Shown here: one piece after another, positions 8,140-16,880 of the stretch
Position numbering within the stretch: position 1 is the first letter of the stretch
Layout of the letters: every line of letters begins with the position of its first letter
Assembly: GCA_048594975.1 (NCBI GenBank)
Contig: JBMDXQ010000104.1
Location: forward strand, 36,552 to 100,551
Direction: 5' to 3'
DNA from: Vicinamibacterales bacterium
Lineage (GTDB): Bacteria > Acidobacteriota > Vicinamibacteria > Vicinamibacterales > 2-12-FULL-66-21
DNA length: 64,000 nt
Notes under the pieces: model-generated
What the model was told of the DNA's origin: nothing
The model's database searches: none
What the model saw: only the letters and a program-made list of their open reading frames with translations
Program-made: the position numbers and the translations under genes

Positions 8140-9594
8140 TCAGACGAACGGCGGCGGATCGAACACGGTCATGATCTGCCGTATCATCTCTTCTCGCGAG
8201 GAGAAGCGCGAGGGCTCGTAGCAGCCGAGCGGGTTCTCGACCGCGTTCACCAGGCACTTGTTGCAGTAGGTGCACGGCCGCTCCGGCCGCGCCGCGCCGC
8301 CCGCGAAGGTCTTTACCAGGTCGTTGTTGGCGATGAGCGGGCGCGCGATGCTCACCGCGTCGCACAGCCCGTCGGCCAGCGCCTGTTCGATGACGGTGGC
8401 GGTCTGGAACCCGCCCGTGCACAGCACCGGCACCTTCACCGCCTGCTTGATCCGGTGCGCGTCCGGCAGGTTCATGCCCTCGATGCCCTTGAAGTCGCCT
8501 CGCGCCCGCTCCCAGCGCCGCTGGAAGAGCGGCCCGGTCAGCCGTCCGCGGAAGAACAGGTAGTTGCGGAAGGTCAGCATGCCGCTCGCGACGAGCGTGT
8601 CGTAGGTCTTGCGCAGTTCGTCGAGCGGCAGGTCGCCCGCCGGGTTCTTCGGGTGCGGGAAATAGCTGCCGGTGGAGACGTGGATGGCGTCCACACCGGC
8701 CTCTTCCAGCCACCGGCACACCTGGATCGAGTCCTCCAGCGTGTTCCCCTTCCCCTCGTCATCGTCCAGCGCGTCGTTGTAGTCGATGGCGCTGATCTTC
8801 ATCTGCAGGTGGAAGTCGCGGCCGACCTCCTGGCGGATGGCCCGGACGATGTCGAGCAGGAAGCGCGCGCGGTTCTCGAGGCTGTCGCCGTATTCGTCCT
8901 TGCGGTCGTTGATGCCGGAGCTGAGAAACTGGGTGATGAGGTAGCCGTTGGCCCCGTGCAGTTCCACGCCGTCGACGCCCGCCTCGCGCGCGCGGCGTGC
9001 GCCCTGGCCGAAGGCCGCCGCCACCTCGCGAATCTGCGCGAGGGTCATGCGCTCGCACTCGAAGCCGTGCAGCGGATCGCGCTTGTCGGTCGAGCTCAGA
9101 CCCTTGGCGAACTCGATTCCAGGCAGGTCGCGCTGCCGCCCGCCGTGACTGAGCTGGATGAGGTACTTGCAGTCGCTCTCGCCGTGCACCTGCCTGGCCA
9201 GTTCGCGCCAGAACGGGATCCGCTGATCGGTGTCGATCGTCGCGTAGTTCGGCATGATCCGGCCGCGAATCGCCACAGGCACGAACGAGGAGATGATCGC
9301 GCCGACGCCGCCGCGGGCAAACTTCAGCTCCCAATTGATGCGCGTCTGCGTGCCGGAGCCGTCGTAGTTGTCGAACCGCCCGGAGACGTTCGACCGGAAC
9401 ACGCGGTTCTTCACCGTCAGGTTCCGGAACGCGAGCGGTGCAAAGAGGTGAGGGTAGAGTGTGCCGCCGGGCGCTGGCGAGGCCGATCCGCCGGGCGTCG
9501 CGCGCGCGATCGCTGGCGTGGCCGACGAGGCGGCCGGGCGTGCCAGCGCTACCGCCACGCCCACGACCTCGAGGAGACGTCGCCGGGAAATCAT
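8140..9594 (-). CDS. Old Yellow Enzyme-family FMN oxidoreductase with twin-arginine signal and C-terminal 4-Cys (putative 4Fe-4S) motif
   Basis: Track ORF is 8140..9618. The internal ATG at 9594 has GGAGG 6 nt upstream and gives MISRRRLLEVVGVAVALARPAASSA, a Tat-type signal. OYE signatures are HGANGYLITQFLS and ARPLIANNDL. The protein ends with PCTYCNKCLVNAVENPLGC (C-x2-C-x2-C-x10-C). No NAD(P)-binding C-terminal domain. Confidence 0.85.
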   Translation of the reverse strand: MISRRRLLEVVGVAVALARPAASSATPAIARATPGGSASPAPGGTLYPHLFAPLAFRNLTVKNRVFRSNVSGRFDNYDGSGTQTRINWELKFARGGVGAIISSFVPVAIRGRIMPNYATIDTDQRIPFWRELARQVHGESDCKYLIQLSHGGRQRDLPGIEFAKGLSSTDKRDPLHGFECERMTLAQIREVAAAFGQGARRAREAGVDGVELHGANGYLITQFLSSGINDRKDEYGDSLENRARFLLDIVRAIRQEVGRDFHLQMKISAIDYNDALDDDEGKGNTLEDSIQVCRWLEEAGVDAIHVSTGSYFPHPKNPAGDLPLDELRKTYDTLVASGMLTFRNYLFFRGRLTGPLFQRRWERARGDFKGIEGMNLPDAHRIKQAVKVPVLCTGGFQTATVIEQALADGLCDAVSIARPLIANNDLVKTFAGGAARPERPCTYCNKCLVNAVENPLGCYEPSRFSSREEMIRQIMTVFDPPPFV

Positions 9595-9618
9595 CGAATC
9601 CTCCTGCCGCTCGGGCAC

Positions 9619-11565
9619 TCAGAACGTCTTCAGGAACTCGATCAGGGCACGCTTGTCCTCGTCCGGCAGATCGGTGCCAAACAGGTGGCCGCGGTCGAGG
9701 ATGAAGTCCGGCGCCTGGTTGCGCTGTACCAGGCCGTTGAAGAGCTTCTTGTCCGAGAGCAGGTTCAGCACCACCCGGTTCTGCGCGATGCGCGGGACCT
9801 CGCGTGGATCGACGCGGGCGATCAGGTCGACCGGCGTGCCCGCCGGGATCGTCAGCGGCCGATCGCGTCCCGGGATGCGCAGCACGGTGTCGATCGACGT
9901 GACGATGATCGACTGCACGCCCAGCCGGCGCTCCGGCCACAGGAGTTTCTCGGTCGCGTCGTAGAAGGCGAGCATGCGGCCGCGGACCGACGGATCCTTG
10001 ATGTAGGTACCGAGCGCGTTGTTGTGGAGGTAGGGCGCGGTCGCCCAGATGGAGACGAGCGTCGGGGTGCGGTAGTAACCCCTTCCGCCCCCCTTCAGCT
10101 CGAACTCGATCGGGTTCTTCGGGTCACGCGGGTTGTACAGGTTCCGGAGCTTGCCGATCGGCTTCTGCTGCTTGTAGGTGCGGGACGAGAACTGCGCCCA
10201 GACCTGGCCCTCGATGGCGTTGGTCGCCATCGCCCGCGCGATGTTCGTGCCCAGCATGTCTACCGGGTAGCGACGATCGTCGGACAGGAAGTTGTTCTCG
10301 AGGAAATCGGGGGCGAGCACGGCCTCGCGGTACCAGGCGCCCGTCTTCTGCGCATCGGCGGCGATCTCCGCCGGCGGCTGCTTGCTCGAGTGGCAGCGCG
10401 CACATTTGTCGGCGAACGCCAGCTTGCCACGCCGCAGCGTGTCCGCCTCGGCGGTCTGGTACACGGATCCTCCCGGCGCGTCCTTGAGGTACATCGGCCG
10501 GATCGTCTTCAGGAACGCCTCGGCGTCGGCCATGCGCGCCTCGGTGGCGCGCCACTCCTCGCAGGTCTTGCGCGCGTGCTCCAGCTCGAAGGTCTTCTGC
10601 GGCTGGCGCCCCATGACCGGGTCGTGCAGCGTGAGCCAGTAATCCGAGCACATGCCGATGTTCACGTAGACGCGCAGCGACGCGCCGGCGACCCCGATCG
10701 AGTCGGCGCCGTCCTTCAGGATGTGGTGCACCGGCACCGTCTTGCCGTCGGCCATCACCTCGAGCTGCGTCGGCCGGTACGCGAGGTTGAAGATGGAATT
10801 GATCGCGTTCGGGTTGTTGATGTGGTCGGTGGCGAACCGCGACGTGTCGGACGTGCCGGCCGGCTGCCGGTTGCCCACGTGCCAGCGGAAGTCGGTCGCC
10901 GGCATGCGCAGGTTGAACAGCCGCCCCTCCTCCCAGTACTGGTTGCCGATGGCGCCCGCCAGGTTGGCCCAGGCCGCCGCCTCCGGGTTCTCCGGCGGAT
11001 TCAGAGGGTTGAACCCGATGTGGCAGAAGCCGCACGCCATGCCGATCAGGTACGGCGGCTCGGTCGAGCCCGGGTGCTTGAAGTACTCCTCCGCGGTCGT
11101 CCACTTCGCCTGGTCGAAGCGGGGATTCGGGAACTTCCGCAGGCCGACGATGCCCGACGGCTCGCCGGGGATGCCGGGTACCGTCGGCTGCTCGCACTGG
11201 TCCATCCACAATCCGTACTTGTCCGGAGCGGTCGCCGCGCGGCAGCCCGGCTGCGTGATGGCGCCGAGCGTGACGAACCGCCGGCCGTGCAGCCGCGAAT
11301 CGACGTAGGCGAGCAGGTTGACGTTGCCCTCGGTGAGCTGCGCCATCCTGACCCAGAACTTCTCATTGCCCCCCGTCCAGAAGTACCAGGTGTCGCGCCC
11401 GGCGCGCTGCTGGTCGGTGAGGTAGGCGTAGCCATACGGGTCCTTGGTGTCGTTTCCGGACCGCGCCGTCTGCGCGCTGCCGCGCACGTCGAGCAGCAGC
11501 ACCAGCAGGATCGCCAGCATCCAGATCGTTCCGGCCGTGACGGCGATGAGCCCTTGGTTCTTCAT
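9619..11565 (-). CDS. Secreted di-haem c-type cytochrome, larger paralogue (648 aa)
   Basis: N-terminal hydrophobic signal/anchor (IAVTAGTIWMLAILLVLLL). Two CxxCH motifs (CGFCH, CARCH). ATAPYLHNNALGT present. C-terminus is ALIEFLKTF. First gene of the four-gene operon. Confidence 0.8.
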   Translation of the reverse strand: MKNQGLIAVTAGTIWMLAILLVLLLDVRGSAQTARSGNDTKDPYGYAYLTDQQRAGRDTWYFWTGGNEKFWVRMAQLTEGNVNLLAYVDSRLHGRRFVTLGAITQPGCRAATAPDKYGLWMDQCEQPTVPGIPGEPSGIVGLRKFPNPRFDQAKWTTAEEYFKHPGSTEPPYLIGMACGFCHIGFNPLNPPENPEAAAWANLAGAIGNQYWEEGRLFNLRMPATDFRWHVGNRQPAGTSDTSRFATDHINNPNAINSIFNLAYRPTQLEVMADGKTVPVHHILKDGADSIGVAGASLRVYVNIGMCSDYWLTLHDPVMGRQPQKTFELEHARKTCEEWRATEARMADAEAFLKTIRPMYLKDAPGGSVYQTAEADTLRRGKLAFADKCARCHSSKQPPAEIAADAQKTGAWYREAVLAPDFLENNFLSDDRRYPVDMLGTNIARAMATNAIEGQVWAQFSSRTYKQQKPIGKLRNLYNPRDPKNPIEFELKGGGRGYYRTPTLVSIWATAPYLHNNALGTYIKDPSVRGRMLAFYDATEKLLWPERRLGVQSIIVTSIDTVLRIPGRDRPLTIPAGTPVDLIARVDPREVPRIAQNRVVLNLLSDKKLFNGLVQRNQAPDFILDRGHLFGTDLPDEDKRALIEFLKTF

Positions 11566-12196
11566 GTGGTCCTCGACAGGTCGGGTTAAACGGCGCGCCG
11601 ACGCACGCGATTTCCGCAGGCCGGTCGCGACGCCGGCGGATCACGGATCGCAGGCGTGATCCGAACGCCCGGCGGATCGCGGGCCGGCCGGGGCGGCAGA
11701 CGTAAAACCGTGCCCTGGACGTGGGCTGTCGGCTTCCTGACACCGCGGAGAGCGTGCCTGGTAGCGACAACGACATTTCGTCCGCGACCGAACGTCAGGA
11801 GCTTTGGGAGTGCGTGCCGCCAGGGATCGTGCTCGATGGCGCCCGACGGACCGCGGCGGGAGCCGCCGGTCGAGGGCGTACCACGAGCGGGAGACCACCC
11901 GTGCGCCGTATGCGCGTCATCCTCGGGCCCCCGGCACGGGTTGTCAATAGGAAATCTTGTAAAGGCGGCGGTTGGACACCGGACGCGAGCTGGCACCCTC
12001 GCGGAAACGGGCGCTGGCGCTCACGCGAACGCGGGGGTGGGTACGGCCCGGGAAGGGGTCACCGCACAGGCCGCTGGCTGCGCGCGCCCTCGAACTGCAC
12101 CGACCTGCCGAGGTCTAGTAATGGGTCCATCGATCGAGCTGACTGAAGATCCTGCCACGCCAGGTGTTCGCGTAGATCGAGAGCACGTGGTGCCAG

Positions 12197-12658
12197 CTAC
12201 GTGTCTGTCCACTGCTGCTCCCACTCGTACGGAGTTCCGCAGAAGTCGATCGCCGGCAGGCCGCGCGCGATCATCCGTTCAACGACGCGAGGCGCAGGAA
12301 CGTGGCGGGGCTCAGGAGCCGATGGCGCGCGGCACATCTGGGTCTTCAGATAGTAGTACGTGCCCCGTTGGATGCATCCCAGGTTGTGCGCGATCGGCTC
12401 GTCGTCGAGCATCAGCAGTTGCAGGTGAACGTGACCGGCCCCCGCGGCTGCGCGTCCCTGCTCGCGGTAGAGCGCCGCCTCGTACGGCACCAGCGCTGAT
12501 CGCCGCGGCGTTTGCAGCCACGGCTCGATTATTTTGCCCAACGCCGCTGCGCCTGCGTTACGTTCCGCCCAGGACGGACCGGAAGCCGCTGACATGAGCA
12601 CCCGCCGAGGTCCGCGAGGGAAGCGAAGGCGCGCCCGCGGCCGATTCCTCATCCCCAC
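12197..12658 (-). pseudogene. Remnant of a CelD/BcsL-like (Acetyltransf_6, GNAT-related) gene, C-terminal part only
   Basis: Only about the last 100 aa resemble the family (HLQLLMLDDEPIAHNLGCIQRGTYYYLKT ... GLPAIDFCGTPYEWEQQW). After YYYLKT a different frame reads more family-like (HRLLSPATFLRLASL), which suggests internal frameshifts. The N-terminal ~250 aa expected for this family are absent because the kinase region starts immediately upstream. Confidence 0.4.
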
Positions 12659-12816
12659 TGTTGAATTTGTCTACACGCGTCGTGGCACTCGCCCCCGAGC
12701 GCCAACGGATCACGGATCTTCAGTTTCCTGCGAACCCTGGCCCAGCCGCACGACGTATGATGTCACCGGCTTTACTGCTTTCCCCTCCAGGCCAGCCCGA
12801 TCACCCGGAGGTACGC

Positions 12817-15240
12817 ATGGACTCTGGGCCCGTTCATTCCTCTGCCGCCACTACCACCGCGGGTGGTGGAACGGCGCCTGCCCTGGCATTCGGGCCGTAC
12901 CGACTGCTTCAGAAACTCGGCGAAGGCGGTATGGGCGAGGTATGGCTCGCCGAGCAGCTCCGCCCGGTCCAGCGGCACGTGGCCTTGAAGATCATCAAAG
13001 TCGGAATGGACACCAGGCAGGTGGTCGCTCGATTCGAAGCCGAGCGGCAGGCCCTCGCCCTCATGGATCACCCGGCGATTGCGACCGTATTCGACGGCGG
13101 AAGCACGCCGGAAGGTCGGGCGTACTTCGCCATGGAATACGTCAAGGGCGAGCCGATTACTACCTATTGCGATCGGCACCGACTGGATATGCGGCAACGA
13201 CTCGAGCTGTTCGTCCTGGTGTGCGAAGGCGTCCAGCACGCGCACCAGAAGGGTGTTATCCACCGCGACCTCAAGCCGTCCAACGTGCTCGTCACGCTCC
13301 GCGACGACAAGCCGGTCCCCAAAATCATCGACTTCGGCGTAGCCAAGGCCACCACTCAGCACCTGACGGAGCGGACATTGTTCACCGAGCTGGGTGTGCT
13401 CATCGGCACTCCCGAATATATGAGCCCCGAGCAGGCGGAGCTCACGGGTCTCGACATCGACACGCGCACGGACGTGTACGCGCTCGGCGTGCTGCTGTAC
13501 GAGCTGCTGGTCGGGGCGCTGCCCTTCGACGCGAAGGAACTGCGCCGGGCCGGGCTGGACGCGATCAGGTTGAAGATCCGCGAGGTGGATCCCCCGCGCC
13601 CGAGCACGAAGCTCCGCACCCTGGGCGACGCCTGCACGGAAGCGGCGCGGAATCGCCGGACGGAGCCGGGCCGCCTGGTCAGCCAGCTGAAAGGCGATCT
13701 CGACTGGATCACCATGAAGGCGCTCGAGAAGGACCGCACCCGCCGGTACGGGTCGGTTTCCGAGATCGCCGCGGACATCGCGCGTCACCTGTCGCATCAG
13801 CCGGTGCTGGCGACCCCGCCGAGCCCCCTCTATCGGGCGAAGAAGTTCGTGCGTCGCCATCGCTTTGGCGTTGCCGCGGGAGGCACGCTGGCCCTCCTCC
13901 TCGTCGCATTCGCGGTTGCCATGGCCCTCCAGGCGCAGCAGATCGCTCGCGAACGGGACAGCGCGCTGGCCGCGGAGAGGACGGCGACCCAGGTCTCGTC
14001 GTTCATGGTGGACCTGTTCCGTATCTCCGACCCGACGCTCGCACGCGGCAGTACCATCACCGCGCGCGAGGTGCTCGATCGTGGCGCCGCCCGCGTGACC
14101 AGCGACCTCGGCTCGGACCCGCTCGTGCAGGCGCGTCTCATGGACACGCTCGGCCGCGTCTACAGCACCCTTGGACTGTTCGACCGCGCGCAGCCGCTGC
14201 TCGAGGGCGCACTGGAGAAACGCCGTGCGCTGCTTGGAGAGGAGCACCTCGATGTGGCGTCGAGCCTGGTGGGGAACAGCACGTTCTGGTTCCACAGGGG
14301 CGAGTTCGGCAGGGCCAGGCCGATGCTGGAGCAGGCACTGCGCATCCGCGAGAAGCTCCTCGGCCGCGACGATCCCCTCGTTGCCGCGTGCTTGCACAAC
14401 CTGGGCAACATCCACCTCAGCACCGGTGACTACGACGAGGCGAAGAGGCTCATGGAGCGCGCACTCGCCATCCGCGAGGCGCAACTGCCGTCGGACGCGC
14501 CCGACACGGCGACGACGGTGAACAGCCTGGGAGCAATTGCGTTCCGGCAAGGCGAATTTGCGAAAGCCCGTCGCTTGTGGGAGCGCACGCTCGCGATGCG
14601 GGAGAGAGGGCTCGGCCCGGACCACGTGTATGTCGCACAGACCCTGAACAACCTCGCAATCACACACATCCAGATGGACGACCCGGCCGGAGCGCTGGCG
14701 CTCTTGACGAGAGTCGTCCAGATTCAGGAGAAGGCGCTCGGGCCGACCCACCCCGACGTCGCGTTCGCCCTGGGCAATCTCGGTGAGGCGTTGCTCGACT
14801 TGCGAGAGCACGCGCGTTCGCGCGAGTCGTACCTGCGGGCAGTGGCGATCCTCGAGGCTGGCGGGCCGAATCATCCGGAGCTGGGCCGGTTCCTGGTCGG
14901 CGCCGCGCGGGCGGCCCTGGAACTGGGCGATACGGCAGCGGCGAGGCAACTGAGTCGGCGTTCGCTGGACATCCGGGAAAAGACGTTCGGCAAGGACCAT
15001 CCGGAGACCGCAATGAGCCTCGTCGCGCTGGCGAACTGCGACGTCAAGGAGCGGCGGTACGTCAGCGCCGAGGCGCTGTTCGATCGAGCGCTCGCGTTGA
15101 GCCGCCGGTCCGACGGGCAGTACCTGGAAACGGCGTCCAGCTTCCTGAGCGATTACGCCGTCCTGCTGCGCCTGACCGGACGTACCCCGCGGGCCATTGA
15201 AATCGAGACGCTCGCGCGATCGTTGCGGGCCGGGCGGTAA
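12817..15240 (+). CDS. Ser/Thr protein kinase with TM segment and C-terminal TPR array
   Basis: Track ORF is 12661..15240. ATG at 12817 has GGAG 6 nt upstream. Hanks kinase motifs are present: GEGGMGEVW, HRDLKPSNVL, DFGVAK, GTPEYMSPEQ. A hydrophobic segment GVAAGGTLALLLVAFAVAMAL follows, then many TPR_12-like repeats (LHNLGNIHLSTGDYDEAKRLMERALAIRE and others). Confidence 0.85.
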   Translation: MDSGPVHSSAATTTAGGGTAPALAFGPYRLLQKLGEGGMGEVWLAEQLRPVQRHVALKIIKVGMDTRQVVARFEAERQALALMDHPAIATVFDGGSTPEGRAYFAMEYVKGEPITTYCDRHRLDMRQRLELFVLVCEGVQHAHQKGVIHRDLKPSNVLVTLRDDKPVPKIIDFGVAKATTQHLTERTLFTELGVLIGTPEYMSPEQAELTGLDIDTRTDVYALGVLLYELLVGALPFDAKELRRAGLDAIRLKIREVDPPRPSTKLRTLGDACTEAARNRRTEPGRLVSQLKGDLDWITMKALEKDRTRRYGSVSEIAADIARHLSHQPVLATPPSPLYRAKKFVRRHRFGVAAGGTLALLLVAFAVAMALQAQQIARERDSALAAERTATQVSSFMVDLFRISDPTLARGSTITAREVLDRGAARVTSDLGSDPLVQARLMDTLGRVYSTLGLFDRAQPLLEGALEKRRALLGEEHLDVASSLVGNSTFWFHRGEFGRARPMLEQALRIREKLLGRDDPLVAACLHNLGNIHLSTGDYDEAKRLMERALAIREAQLPSDAPDTATTVNSLGAIAFRQGEFAKARRLWERTLAMRERGLGPDHVYVAQTLNNLAITHIQMDDPAGALALLTRVVQIQEKALGPTHPDVAFALGNLGEALLDLREHARSRESYLRAVAILEAGGPNHPELGRFLVGAARAALELGDTAAARQLSRRSLDIREKTFGKDHPETAMSLVALANCDVKERRYVSAEALFDRALALSRRSDGQYLETASSFLSDYAVLLRLTGRTPRAIEIETLARSLRAGR

Positions 15241-15494
15241 GCCGTGGCTAGAGTGTCGGTCGCCTGCAGCGCTCACGCGGGCGGGAAGAAGGGACCCTCC
15301 GCGGGAAGTGCCTGCCCGGTCCACGAAAACCGGTTGGCCGGTGCGCCTGGGCACCGGCTACCCGCCGTCGCACCTGCAGGCGCGTCCATCTCCGCAACGC
15401 TCGGGAATCCCGAGGTTTTCCGCATCGACGGTACTGGCATCGCCCTTGGACATGCGCGCGTCGCGGCGAGCGCGGAGGAGGAGGAGGGGCGAGT

Positions 15495-16877
15495 GTGGGA
15501 GACGAGCGGAGCGACGCGTCCACCGTGCCGGGCCTCGCGTCTGCCGACTCGTTCTGCGGACGCTGCGGCGCTGCGGCGGTACTGTCGGCGGCGGTGACGG
15601 GACTGTCGTCCGGCGGTGAGCCGGGACGCATCCGGGCGGCGTTCGAGGAGGGCGTCCGTACGCTGCTCAGCGCACGGTCGGTCGCCGTCCGCGAGGATCC
15701 TGGCGAGTACTTGGTCCCGGGGCCCAACACCATCAGCCTCGATCTGCCGAGCGCCGTCCCGGAGCGGCGGTCCCGGCTCGAGGCGGTGTTCGACGCCGCG
15801 TGGCGCATGGACATGTGGGCGCGGCACGTGCTGGACGCCAGCGCGCAGGTGGCCGCGCTGCTCCTCGAGCTCGAACGCGTGCAGCGCCTCGTGCCGGTCC
15901 GGCGTCCGCGCGACGGCGCGGCGCCGCTGATCGGATCGAGTCCCGCCATTCAGCGCGTACGGGAGCGCATCGAGCGAGTGGCGGCGACGGACTTCACGAT
16001 CCTGATCGAGGGCGAATCGGGCACGGGCAAGGAGCTCGTCGCGCGGCAGATCCACGATCTCAGCCACCGCCGCAAAGGACCGTTCGTTGCCGTCAACTGC
16101 GCCGCGATCGTCGAGTCGCTGCTGGAGGCGGAGCTGTTCGGCATCGAGGACAAGACGGCCACCGGCGTGCGTGGCCGGCGCGGCAAGTTCGAGCACGCCC
16201 ACGACGGCACGCTGTTCCTCGACGAGGTGTCCGATCTGTCCGCCGCCGGCCAGGCGAAGCTGCTGCGCACCATCCAGGACATGGCGGTCGAGCGGGTCGG
16301 CGGCTTCGGCGCCCGCCGCGTCAACACGCGCATCATCGCCGCCACCAACCGGCCGCTGGCCGGGCTGGTGGGTCAGGGCAGCTTCCGCCTCGACCTCTTC
16401 CACCGGCTCAACGGCGTCGAGGTGCTCGTGCCGCCGCTGCGCGAGCGGAAGGAGGACATCCTGGAGCTGGCGCGCTACTTTCTCGAGCGGCACCGCCCGG
16501 TACGGCCGCTGCAGTTGTCGCCGTCGGCGGGCGATGCGCTGCTCGCCTATCACTGGCCGGGCAACGTGCGCGAGCTCGAACGGGTCATCGAGCGCGCCAT
16601 CGCGCTCGCCTCGGGCATCTCGCTGCAGCTCGACGATCTCCCGCCGGCGCTGCTCGCCGGGTACGCCGACGTGCTGGTGCCGTCGGCGCTCAACCACGAC
16701 ACCATGCGCGCCTGGGGCAGGCGCTACGCGCGGCTGGTGCTCGAACGCTGCGGCAACAACAAGCGGCGCGCGTGCCGCGAGCTTGGGATCTCGTACCACA
16801 CGCTGCAGGCGTACTTGCGATTCCGGCCGGAACAAGCGCGCGTTAGCGCGGAGGAAGGTCCAGCGCGGCCGGCGTAG
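15495..16877 (+). CDS. AAA+ enhancer-binding-protein-type transcriptional regulator (NtrC family) with Fis-type HTH; GAFTGA loop degenerate
   Basis: GTG at 15495 is preceded by GGAGGAGGAGGAGG. Walker A is GESGTGKE, Walker B is LFLDEV, and WPGNVRELE is present. C-terminal HTH is NKRRACRELGISYHTLQAYL. The loop reads ELFGIEDKTATGVRGRRGKFE instead of ELFGHEKGAFTGA. The ~145 aa N-terminal domain is unrecognised. Confidence 0.85.
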   Translation: MGDERSDASTVPGLASADSFCGRCGAAAVLSAAVTGLSSGGEPGRIRAAFEEGVRTLLSARSVAVREDPGEYLVPGPNTISLDLPSAVPERRSRLEAVFDAAWRMDMWARHVLDASAQVAALLLELERVQRLVPVRRPRDGAAPLIGSSPAIQRVRERIERVAATDFTILIEGESGTGKELVARQIHDLSHRRKGPFVAVNCAAIVESLLEAELFGIEDKTATGVRGRRGKFEHAHDGTLFLDEVSDLSAAGQAKLLRTIQDMAVERVGGFGARRVNTRIIAATNRPLAGLVGQGSFRLDLFHRLNGVEVLVPPLRERKEDILELARYFLERHRPVRPLQLSPSAGDALLAYHWPGNVRELERVIERAIALASGISLQLDDLPPALLAGYADVLVPSALNHDTMRAWGRRYARLVLERCGNNKRRACRELGISYHTLQAYLRFRPEQARVSAEEGPARPA

Positions 16878-16880
16878 CTC

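Noticed and set aside
8020-11589. Very long plus-strand ORF (1189 aa) covering the flavoprotein and cytochrome genes
   Set aside because: It is antisense to clearly homologous minus-strand genes. The translation is Arg/Gly/Asp/His/Val-rich low-complexity sequence, typical of shadow ORFs in GC-rich DNA. The same applies to 29214..32288 (+, antisense secA), 20607..22967 (-, antisense gcvP), 12772..15354 (-, antisense kinase), 24562..26328 (-, antisense nnr), 57904..60411 (+) and 61474..63711 (-).
11744-11759. Sigma-54 promoter for the cytochrome/flavoprotein operon (AGGCACGCTCTCCGCG, minus strand)
   Set aside because: The GG/GC spacing is correct and the -24 box is good. However, the -12 box is CCGCG instead of TTGCW, which is too weak to call without a matrix score or a mapped transcription start site.
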